From contig CAWJYV010000008.1 in NCBI GenBank assembly GCA_963847185.1, positions 480,001 through 544,000 of the forward strand: DNA of 64,000 nucleotides, given 5' to 3'. The notes below the pieces were generated by a model. The model was not told the origin of the DNA. It was given only the letters and a program-made list of their open reading frames with translations, and did not search any database. Numbering within the stretch: position 1 is the first letter of the stretch; every line of letters starts with the position of its first letter. The position numbers and the translations under genes were made by a program. Source of the DNA: an uncultured Methanosarcinaceae archaeon (GTDB taxonomy: Archaea; Halobacteriota; Methanosarcinia; Methanosarcinales; Methanosarcinaceae). Of the stretch, positions 33,051-41,712 are shown one piece after another.

Positions 33051-35239
33051 ATGAGACTTGCAGATCAAAGTGAAATATTGGATGTAATCATGAAATCAAC
33101 AGAGATTATGGAGAACATTGAAGGAGATGCAAATATTTGCATTGCAGTCCTTGACGGTCCGGTTGACCTAAATCATCCTTGTTTCAACAAAACCAAGATA
33201 ACAAAAATAGAAACTTTAGTTTCAGACGTTACTGAGAGAGGACCAAGTGCATACCACGGAACTCATGTTGCTAGCTTAATCTTTGGCCAGCGTAGCAGTT
33301 CCATTCATGGTATTGCTCCTGGCTGTCGTGGACTTGTAATTCCTGTTTTTGCAGATGGGCCTGATGATTCGATTACCCCCTGTTCTCAGATTGATCTCGC
33401 TCACGCCATCACACAAGCCGTTGAACACGGAGCCCATGTAATAAACATCAGTGGTGGGGAACTGGTTTCCTCTAGTGAACCTCATCCTCTACTTGACAAG
33501 GCTGTTCGTCTTTGCGCCGAAAACGGTGTTTTAATTGTTGCAGCTGTGGGAAATGACGGATGCCAGTGCCTCCATGTGCCAGCCGCCATTTCTTCGACCC
33601 TTGCAGTAGGGGCAATGGATGCCCGGGGAATACCACTTGACTTTAGTAATTGGGGGAAGCCGTATCAGATTAATGGTATTCTTGCACTTGGTGAAAAATT
33701 ATTGGGAGCTGTGCCTGGTGGGGATGTCACCATCAGAAGCGGCACCAGCTTTGCCACTCCTATTGTTTCTGGTATTGTTGCTTTGCTGTTGAGCATCCAG
33801 AGACAAAGGGGAAACAAACCTGATCCCCACGCTGTGAGGGATGCCATTCTCCAGAGCGCTTACCCTTGTATCCCTTCCGAAAGTTTAGATTGTTCTCGTT
33901 ATCTAAGAGGCCGTCTCAAAGTTGGAGGGGCATATGATCTTGTCACAAGAAAACAACAAGCTGTGACTTACAGTACTAATTCAGTACAACAAATTCAAGA
34001 GAGTGTGAACGTAAGACTGGTGGAATCTTCCAAAAAACTGCCTGTTCTTGGCGTGCAGAATGCGGAATTCACAACACTTAATCCGGAGATAGCAGCGCCC
34101 TCTACTCTGAGTTCCACTTTGGACGCAATGAAAGCTCTGGAAAATCCTGATTCTATTGAGTCAAAATCAATAGATATAGAGAAGAACGAACAAACGAAAA
34201 ACCAGACACCGGAGGATAATATGACCGAAAATATAGAAGGAACATGTGGTTGTCCAGAAGGAAAGAAGATTGAAGACAAAATTCACGAGCCAACAACTGA
34301 TAAAAGTAAGCTCCAGATCCATGCATCTGATGTACAGGCGACAGAATTTATGATTCCAAACCAAGAGTTTGCTACATCATCTGTCATGCCCTCGGAGGTC
34401 CATCCAGCTGCATGTTCTGCGAATGGACAACAATCCCTCGTATACGCCCTTGGTACACTAGGTTACGATTTTGGGAGCGAAGCACGGCGAGATGCTTTTG
34501 TCCAGAGCATGAAGGATGATAGGCCGAACCCAGACGACCCTGTGCAATTGCTGACCCATTTAGAAAATAATCCTGAGTACGCGGAGTCACTCATATGGAC
34601 CCTCAATATTGAGGAAACCCCTATTTATGCAATCCGCCCTATGGGCAGTTTTGCCTCGAAGACTTACGAGCAGCTACGCGAATTTCTTGATGCACAGCAG
34701 GCAAAAAAAGTAGAAAAAGTTTCGATTCCAGGGGTAATTGTAGGAAAAGTAAAACTCCTTTCAGGCCAGGTGGTACCGGTCATTATCCCAGAACTGCGGG
34801 GAATGTACTGCTGGCGTGAAGAGGCTGTGGTAAAAACTGCAGTGCGTGCAGTGTTAGGTTCGGAGTTCAAAAGTGCCGATGATGATACACTGAAAGCAGT
34901 ACATGCAGGTGCTCGCAACTTCTTAATGCGGGTGTATTACGAGTTCATGAACCTAGGCCGGACTCCACAGGAGCGTGCCATGAACTTTGCCGGAACAAAT
35001 GCATTCCAAGTTGTGGACGTCTTTGAGCAGGCGGTTAAAGAGAGACTGACGCTAGATAGTATTATACGGAAAAAAGCGCGATCTGTAGGCCAGATTCGGA
35101 ATGTTGGGATGTGAAGCTGAAGTTTTTCGATCCGGCCAATATACAACAGGTCGCCAGAAAGGTGTATCGCTTTACTATCGATGTAAGTGACGTGGTGCCC
35201 GTTTCAGTTGGAGAGATACGGTCTTGGTCGGTTTACTAA
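33051..35239 (+). CDS. PatA/PatG-family cyanobactin-type maturation protease (S8 domain + linker + PatG_D/PatG_C DUF); 1-nt frameshift at about 35064
   Basis: Triad IAVLDGPVD / HGTHVASLIFGQ / SGTSFATPIVSG; GNDGCQCLHVPAA, FSNWG; DUF motifs VYALGTLGYDFGSEARRD, LIWTLN, RAMNFAGTNAFQ; shifted frame continues CRPDSECWDVKLKFFDP...YRFTIDVSDVVPVSVGEIRSW to TAA 35237-39. Confidence 0.9.
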
Positions 35240-35258
35240 GCCGGATAAATCTAATTAC

Positions 35259-35293
35259 GTGCCACCAAAGGGGTTCATCGCCTTTGGTGGCAC
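35259..35293 (+). other. Perfect 13-bp stem-loop between the protease and precursor genes
   Basis: GTGCCACCAAAGG-9 nt-CCTTTGGTGGCAC. Confidence 0.8.
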
Positions 35294-35430
35294 TCACGAA
35301 TTTACAACTATTGTCACTATGATGAGGATGGTGATAATAAGCAGAAACAGTTTGTTTCAAACCGTCACCTGTGTGGTGACAGAACAGCTCCCCTTACGGG
35401 AAAGAACAAAAAGAGATAGGAGGAATTATT

Positions 35431-35640
35431 ATGAAATTAAAAACAAGCAAAACCTGTTGTGAGAAAGTCAGTACAGCGAAAATAGAGTCTGGAATCTGTC
35501 AATCTGGTCTTTGTGAAATGGGTTGCAGTCTAATTCCAAATGCCACTGCAAAGAATATCTGCCTAGCAGCATGTCCAGTAGCAGGCAGTTTAGCAAGCAA
35601 GATTCCGGTGGTAGGCGGGATATTGGGTGGCCTGTTATAA
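35431..35640 (+). CDS. Cys-rich RiPP precursor peptide 1 (69 aa)
   Basis: GGAGG RBS; paralogous to 35653-35865; AKIESGICQS then GLCEMGC..CLAAC and Gly-rich tail; leader motif KQAKPVVR lies in the +1 frame between compensating indels. Confidence 0.8.
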   Translation: MKLKTSKTCCEKVSTAKIESGICQSGLCEMGCSLIPNATAKNICLAACPVAGSLASKIPVVGGILGGLL

Positions 35641-35652
35641 GGAGGAAATGTT

Positions 35653-35865
35653 ATGAGAGTACCAAAACAAGCAAAACCTGTCATGAGAAATGCCCGTATG
35701 GCAAAGATTGAGTCTGGAATCTGTCAATCTGGTCTTTGCGAAACGGGTTGTAATCTAATTCCAAATGCCACTGCAAAGAATATCTGCCTAGCGGCATGTC
35801 CAGTGGCAGGCGGTTTAACAGGTCTGATTCCGGGAGTAGGCGGGATAATAAGTCGCCTGTTTTAA
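35653..35865 (+). CDS. Cys-rich RiPP precursor peptide 2 (70 aa)
   Basis: AAGGAGG RBS; MRVPKQAKPVMR...GICQS-GLCETGCNLIPNATAKNICLAACPVAGGLTGLIPGVGGIISRLF. Confidence 0.88.
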   Translation: MRVPKQAKPVMRNARMAKIESGICQSGLCETGCNLIPNATAKNICLAACPVAGGLTGLIPGVGGIISRLF

Positions 35866-36141
35866 TAGCGAGATAGATAGTGCAACAAGAATCGAAGCCA
35901 AAATAGGTCAAATTGAACATTTCCAAGTGAGTGTGGCCTAATTAACAATACCATAAGAAATGCCACATAGCATTTAATGTCGAATGCTTGTGTAGGCAGT
36001 CTTTTTGGATGTAATGCGTTGGGACTTATTGCCAGAACCTTCAAAAAACAACGCGATTGGATAGCTGCAATCAGTATGGTTGCAAGCTATCCCTTATAAT
36101 TTCTAGTAGGTATTAAAAACCAGAAATAAGAAGGAAATGTT

Positions 36142-36305
36142 ATGATAGTATCAATGCAGGCAAAACCTGTTATGAGAATGTCAGAAGCAAGAATCGAAGC
36201 AGGAATCAGTCAGTTTAGCATTGCGAAATAGGTTTAACTTAATAAAATGCTGCAGGAAAGGCTGTTTGCCTGGCCGCATACTGCGGTTTTGGAAAGGTTC
36301 TCTGA
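36142..36305 (+). pseudogene. Degenerate precursor paralogue 3
   Basis: AAGAAGG RBS; MIVSMQAKPVMRMSEARIEAGISQF, then frameshifted CEIG.NL..NAAGKAVCLAAYCGFGKVL*. Confidence 0.72.
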
Positions 36306-36545
36306 TATTGCTGCAGTACAGACAATTTGTGGATTAATATCTATGTAATCTGGGGCATTTGTTCGTGTTTTTTTAACACACATCTCCCCCACTGATTATT
36401 TGGCAAAAATAATGAAATTGACTTCTTAGAGTTGATGTATAGTTTCGATCGTTCCGGTTGGAAGCTATCTAAATACTCATTTTTTGAGTAGCCCAAAATT
36501 GGGTGCCTCAGAGTAGCCAGAATAAGAACCAAGGAGGAAATTGTT

Positions 36546-36701
36546 ATGAGAACACCGATGCAGGCAAAACCTGTTGTGAGAAATGTCAGTAAGGCAAAAA
36601 TCAAGGTAGGAGTCTGCCAGTCTTCTGATTGCCACGAGAGTTGCAGCACAAAGACAGGGTTTCAGAAGAATTTATGCTTGGAGATGTGCGACTCCGCTTA
36701 A
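36546..36701 (+). CDS. Cys-rich RiPP precursor peptide 4 (51 aa, not in ORF track)
   Basis: AAGGAGG RBS; MRTPMQAKPVVRNVSKAKIKVGVCQS-SDCHESCSTKTGFQKNLCLEMCDSA*. Confidence 0.85.
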   Translation: MRTPMQAKPVVRNVSKAKIKVGVCQSSDCHESCSTKTGFQKNLCLEMCDSA

Positions 36702-36903
36702 AGATTTTTATGCTGATCAGTTAAAAGATTAACAGAATATGACTACACTTACGGCTTATTCTACCGCAAGCAAAGTAAGACATATTTCATGCTTTTAGTA
36801 TAATGTCCGCTGCTAAATTATTTACAAATACGGTGAAATTTAATGTTAGACGATTGCTAAATAATATAAATATGGTAATAATATATTTTCAAGAGGGGAA
36901 GTT

Positions 36904-37733
36904 ATGGGAAAAGGTATGGCGTTAACAATCGGACTGAATGCCGTCGACCGAAGCATTATGCGGGATGGTCGGGAGAATTGGCTGCATGCGAATTCGATGC
37001 AGTCGATTATGCAGAGATTGCGAAGTCTAGAAATTTTGAGGTTAAGACCCTCCTTACCAAAGAAGCTACCAGGACAAATGTAATCGATGAAATCTCCAAG
37101 GCAGCAAACTCGTCGAAGGCCGGAGATATGTTCATGTTGAGTTATTCTGGTCATGGCGGCTGGTTGACGGATTTGAATGACGACGAAGAGGATGGAATGG
37201 ACGAGACCATGTGTTTGTATGATGGTCATTTAATCGATGACGAATTAAACGCTCTATTTGCAAAGTTCGGTGAAGGAGTTCGAGTTCTATATTCGGACAG
37301 CTGTCACAGTGACGGTTAAAAAATGGTGTTTTTAGAAACGATTGAAAATAAGCCGGAAAACCGAGGAAAAAAATCCTCAAGCTCGTACCGTTACATGCCT
37401 AATGATATTTGATCCGGTTTATATGGCAAACCAGGCTTTTTATAACAAGATATTACAAGACGAAAGCTTATGAATGCCGGGGACGATATCAAGGCTACTT
37501 TGTTGCACATATCGGGATGCCAAGATAACCAGTTTTCGAGAGATGGGATGAGGAACGGCCTTTTTACTTCCAAACTATTATACGTGTGGAAACACGAAGG
37601 TTGCGATAAAAATTACAGACAGTTTTACGATGGAATCTGTAAACGAATGCCATCTACGCAAACTCCAAATTTTTATATCACAGGTAAGATCGATCCAAAA
37701 TTCGAGAAGCAACAAGTCTTTAAGTTTGATTAG
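36904..37733 (+). pseudogene. Metacaspase (peptidase C14) gene with several frameshifts
   Basis: MGKGMALTIGLNAVD(P)KHYAGWSGELAACEFDA, SYSGHGG (His), DETMCLYD, SDSCHS (Cys), ISGCQDNQ.S.DG..NGLFT, QTPN. Confidence 0.85.
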
Positions 37734-37776
37734 TTTTAACTGTAACTATTCAGTTTATCAGAAGGGGCTTATTGAT

Positions 37777-37908
37777 GAGTTTATCCCAAAACCAAAGTTT
37801 CTTCTCAAATTAATAAAAGTTTTAGAACTATAGTCTATGATAAAAAACTCGATTAATCGTTCATAATTCGAGATTCAGGGAACCGATTTTGAGTTTTGGG
37901 ATGAGCTC
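37777..37908 (-). mobile_element. MITE family A, copy 2 (inverted relative to copy 1)
   Basis: GAGTTTATCCCAAAAC ... GTTTTGGGATGAGCTC. Confidence 0.78.
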
Positions 37909-37960
37909 TATATTTATTTAATTTTGTAATAACTGAAATCAAGAGTACAGGATTGAAATA

Positions 37961-38956
37961 ATGATAACAAGAAATATGCAAGATACTAAGGATATCGAAA
38001 AAAAACTTCGTGGTTATCTTTTTGGCACAGCCTGTGCTGACGCTCTCGGACGTTCTGTAGAACATCTTACTCTTGAGCAGATTAAAGAAAAATACGGCGA
38101 AAAAGGCATTCTTGAATACCCCCTGGATTCTCCCTGGACTGACGATACTCAATTAATGCTTGTGCTTTCAAGAGGTCTGCTTCGTGGAGCAGAACTTGAA
38201 CTTCCCGAACTTATGGGCCGTATAGCAGAGGAACTTGTGCTCTGGCTGGATGAACCTGATCTGGGAGCAGGAGCAACTTCCAGAGGTGCAGCTCTAAACC
38301 TTAAGGGTGGAGTTCACTGGAGCAAATCCGCAGTCACGTCAAAAACATGCGGAAGCCTGATGCGGGTTGGAATTCTTGGTTTCGTTTATCGGAATGACCC
38401 TGAAAAACTTATTAAAGCTGCCCTGTTATCAGGCAGAATTACTCACAACCATCAGGTTTCAGATGCTGCATCCATTGCAGGGGCATATGCAGTGAAACTG
38501 GCTCTTGATGGAATTGAACCTGAAGAAATGTTTGAACCTCTTCTCAGGGTAACTGAGGGGATTTCTCAGGAATTCACGGATGCCCTGGAGAAATCGTATG
38601 AAACGGCTCATTCCGAACTGGAAAATGAAGATGCATTGAAGAAGCTGGGACAGGGCTGGTATGCAGATGAAACCTTTGCCCTTGCCTATTTCTGTACTTT
38701 GCGTTACCATGATGACTATAAAAAAGCAGTGCAAATTGCAGTAAACATAACTGGAGATTCGGATTCAGTAGGCAGTGTTGCAGGAGGTATTCTTGGAGCG
38801 AAGCTGGGAATTGAGGCAGTGCCTGTCTCCTGGATTGAAGCTCTCAGAGATAAAGAGAAACTGGAAGAAATGATTTGTCCTCTGCTTGAAAAGTATTTTC
38901 AGGTTTCAGGCAGTGAAAACGCTCCTGAGCTTAAAGATTATTGGGATAATAAGTGA
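37961..38956 (+). CDS. ADP-ribosylglycohydrolase family protein
   Basis: GTACADALG, WTDDTQ, CGSLMR, GDSDSVG. Confidence 0.92.
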   Translation: MITRNMQDTKDIEKKLRGYLFGTACADALGRSVEHLTLEQIKEKYGEKGILEYPLDSPWTDDTQLMLVLSRGLLRGAELELPELMGRIAEELVLWLDEPDLGAGATSRGAALNLKGGVHWSKSAVTSKTCGSLMRVGILGFVYRNDPEKLIKAALLSGRITHNHQVSDAASIAGAYAVKLALDGIEPEEMFEPLLRVTEGISQEFTDALEKSYETAHSELENEDALKKLGQGWYADETFALAYFCTLRYHDDYKKAVQIAVNITGDSDSVGSVAGGILGAKLGIEAVPVSWIEALRDKEKLEEMICPLLEKYFQVSGSENAPELKDYWDNK

Positions 38957-38965
38957 GGTCCTGAG

Positions 38966-39403
38966 ATGGATTTTTCTGAAAAAGGGGTTTACTGTCTAGT
39001 ATTCGAAAATCAAGAATGTAACCTCGAAATTGGAAAAAAAGGTGAGTTTTCGTTTAGTTCAGGTTTTCACGTATATGTGGGCTCTGCTCTTGGTTCAGGA
39101 GGCTTGAAAAGATTAAAAAGGCATATGGACTTCTCCAGGAATAAAGACCGAAATCCCAGATGGCATGTGGATTATCTTCATTCGAGCCCTTCTTTCAGGA
39201 TGGTTTCAGCGGTTTGTGCCCCTACTCTTTCCAGGCTTGAGTGTGAACTTGCCAGCAGGATCGGAGGGGGTTTTGTGTCTGGCTTTGGATGTACGGATTG
39301 TACATGTAGATCTCATCTTTTTTGCAGGAAAGAAATTCCGATTTCAGAGATTACTGAAGTTTTTGAAAATCTGGGACTTTCAGCTTTTGTGATTGAGCTT
39401 TGA
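38966..39403 (+). CDS. GIY-YIG nuclease family (DUF123) protein
   Basis: KGVYCL, YVGSALG, RWHVDYL, GFGCTDCTCRSHL. Confidence 0.88.
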   Translation: MDFSEKGVYCLVFENQECNLEIGKKGEFSFSSGFHVYVGSALGSGGLKRLKRHMDFSRNKDRNPRWHVDYLHSSPSFRMVSAVCAPTLSRLECELASRIGGGFVSGFGCTDCTCRSHLFCRKEIPISEITEVFENLGLSAFVIEL

Positions 39404-39416
39404 GCCTCTTATTTCC

Positions 39417-39482
39417 TTTTCCTATTCTTTTCCTATTCTTTTCCTATTCTTTTCCTATTCTTTTCCTATTCTTTTCCTATTC
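39417..39482 (+). repeat. 11-bp tandem repeat (TTTTCCTATTC)x6
   Basis: Direct reading. Confidence 0.95.
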
Positions 39483-39624
39483 TTCTTTTTTTCTTTTCCT
39501 TTCTTTTCCTTATAATTAAAAGGAAAGCTTAAAGTGAAACAAGATTTTATCTTAAAATAAGTTATCTGAAAAACAAGATTTTTCTAAGTTACTAAAATTA
39601 TATTTGTTTAATCAGGGGACTTCT

Positions 39625-41175
39625 ATGGAACAGTTCTCTTTTATTGCCTCTATGCCTGACAGATCCGGAGCGTTACACAGGGCAGCTGAGATTATCACTC
39701 GATATGAGGGGAACATTAACAGGATACAGTATGACCGCAGAATAGATCGACACATCGTATTTTTTGAAGTGACTGCTGTTTCAAAGGCTTATGAAAAGAT
39801 TCGCGAGGAACTGGGGAAAATCGGTTATCTTCAGACTTCTCTGCAGCCTGTAGCTTTTCTGAAATTCCATGTCTATCTTCCTAACTGTCCTGGAGCTTTG
39901 TTTGATTTTTTGAACTATATTACTTCTTCAGAGGCAAATATCACTTTTCTTGATTTTGATGATCGAGGGCAGCATCCAGAACGGCTCTTAGTAGGTCTCA
40001 ATATAGAGAACACCGGCCTGATTGATTCACTACTGAATCAGCTAAAGTCCAGGTACAGGCTCGAGATTATCGAGTACGATACAACAGGGGAAAAACTTGA
40101 TGATACGGTGTTTTATCTTCGGTTGGCTCAGAAATTGAGGTCTTTTATTGGGAGTGCTGAAGACGTTTTCTTGATGAGATTCCTGCATGATATTAACCAT
40201 ATTGCCCAGGAACTCTCAAATCTTCAAAAAGATCCGATTGAAGTTTTTGAAAATATCCTTAAGGTCGGAGATTGCTTAAACCGGACATCGGGAGAGAATT
40301 TTTACGCCGATGTACAGAGAATTCGAATAAAGGACGATATCGAGCTCTTTTGTTTTCAGCCTCCCTGCGGAGGTAATATCTATCTCTTTGATACTCCTTC
40401 AGAAAGGGTTATGATTGACACAGGTTATGGAATCTATTTTCAAGATATTGTGAATATGTTCCAGCACTATGGGCTTGGAGATCTAAGGCGGCTTAAAAGA
40501 ATTTACATTACTCACGCCGACGCCGATCACTGTGGTGCTTCAGGTTTTTTCCCTGTCCCCTCTTATCTTAATCGTGAAACTCTTCTGGTTATGCGGGAAA
40601 CCAGCAGATCTTACGGGTCCAGTAACCAGGGATGTATTCTGGAAGAAGTTTATACGAAAATAATTAATCTTTTTTCCAGGTTTACTCCTCCCTCGGACAT
40701 AATACTCTTTCCTGAAATCTACTCCTCTAATGAATTAATTGAAAAAAGGGGTGCATTTCCTGTAATTGACAGATTCCAGATCGCAAACCTGAATTTTGAG
40801 GCTCTTGAAGGTCTGGGAGGGCATATGCATGGCGAAGTTTTCTATTTATGTCCTGAGGAGGGGCTAATCTTCCCTGAAGATGCATTAATCAATTTCAAGA
40901 GCTTGACCTCTGATAGGACAGAGTATAACGTTCTGGCTGATTACCTCATGACATCTGTAAATGTTGACAGCAAGCTTGCGCGGGAAGAGAGAAATGCTCT
41001 CCTTTCTCTCATTTCTGACATTGATGTAAAACTTATAGGAAAAAATAGAAAATGCTTGATTTGTTGTGGGCATGGCTCTATATCAGTACTCGAAAACGGA
41101 AAACTTGTCGAATACAAAAGTTCCGAAAGATATATTGCAGGACATAAACCTTCTGCTTTTCAAGACAAGTTATAA
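39625..41175 (+). CDS. ACT-domain + metallo-beta-lactamase-fold protein
   Basis: Two ACT starts (PDRSGAL, PNCPGAL); IDTGYG, THADADH, GGHMHG, CGHG. Confidence 0.85.
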   Translation: MEQFSFIASMPDRSGALHRAAEIITRYEGNINRIQYDRRIDRHIVFFEVTAVSKAYEKIREELGKIGYLQTSLQPVAFLKFHVYLPNCPGALFDFLNYITSSEANITFLDFDDRGQHPERLLVGLNIENTGLIDSLLNQLKSRYRLEIIEYDTTGEKLDDTVFYLRLAQKLRSFIGSAEDVFLMRFLHDINHIAQELSNLQKDPIEVFENILKVGDCLNRTSGENFYADVQRIRIKDDIELFCFQPPCGGNIYLFDTPSERVMIDTGYGIYFQDIVNMFQHYGLGDLRRLKRIYITHADADHCGASGFFPVPSYLNRETLLVMRETSRSYGSSNQGCILEEVYTKIINLFSRFTPPSDIILFPEIYSSNELIEKRGAFPVIDRFQIANLNFEALEGLGGHMHGEVFYLCPEEGLIFPEDALINFKSLTSDRTEYNVLADYLMTSVNVDSKLAREERNALLSLISDIDVKLIGKNRKCLICCGHGSISVLENGKLVEYKSSERYIAGHKPSAFQDKL

Positions 41176-41394
41176 AGAAAGTTGAAGACAATTGGGATTT
41201 GAGCAAATGAGTTTAGAGCAAATAGCTTGGAATTGATAAAAATAAATAATCCTGCAGATTTAATCAAGCCATTTTTTAATGATTTCCGCAAAATCCATCT
41301 TAGTTTTGATCGGGGGTAAATCCGATCTTTGTCTTATACTCAAACTGTATTTCAAATATTAGCAAATGCTATTAGCCATTTGTAAACAGGAGAT

Positions 41395-41712
41395 TTATTC
41401 TCCTCCTCTACCTCCGAAACCCTGGCTGCTTCCTCCAGATGATGAGCCACCTCCTCCAGACCCGCCAGTTCCTGTTCCACCGAAACCCTGACTTTTTCCT
41501 CCTCCCCCCTGGCCAGTTTGTTTACTGGCTGATTCCATCGCCTGCATAAGAGAGTCAACTGAGTCATATTCTCTATCAGGGATCATTTGCAGGGATTCAA
41601 TTATGTCGCTTGAAGCTTTTTGTTTTCTAACCTGCTCCATAATCTGGTTTTTTGTCGCTGGAAACTGCATGTTCCTAAACATTTCCTGCATCATGCTTGG
41701 ACTTGCCCTCAT
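41395..41712 (-). CDS. DUF2795-domain protein with Gly-rich tail
   Basis: MQFPATKNQI, IPDREYDS. Confidence 0.75.
   Translation of the reverse strand: MRASPSMMQEMFRNMQFPATKNQIMEQVRKQKASSDIIESLQMIPDREYDSVDSLMQAMESASKQTGQGGGGKSQGFGGTGTGGSGGGGSSSGGSSQGFGGRGGE

Noticed and set aside
35068-35076. Programmed -1 frameshift at GGAAAAAAG in the protease
   Set aside because: The heptamer is out of phase for tandem slippage, and homology fits a missing base slightly upstream better.
35187-35462. 91-aa ORF between the protease and precursor 1
   Set aside because: It overlaps the true protease C-terminus, the hairpin and precursor 1, and has no SD or motif.
36229-36237. TAG in precursor paralogue 3 as a pyrrolysine codon
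   Set aside because: Read-through meets TAA after one codon, and the homologous core lies in other frames.
39417-39482. 11-bp tandem repeat as a possible CRISPR array
   Set aside because: Contiguous units with no spacers and no cas genes; a simple repeat.
37961-41175. ADP-ribosylglycohydrolase, GIY-YIG and MBL genes as part of the peptide system
   Set aside because: They lie outside the MITE boundary, are indel-free and look like backbone genes; nothing in the sequence links them.
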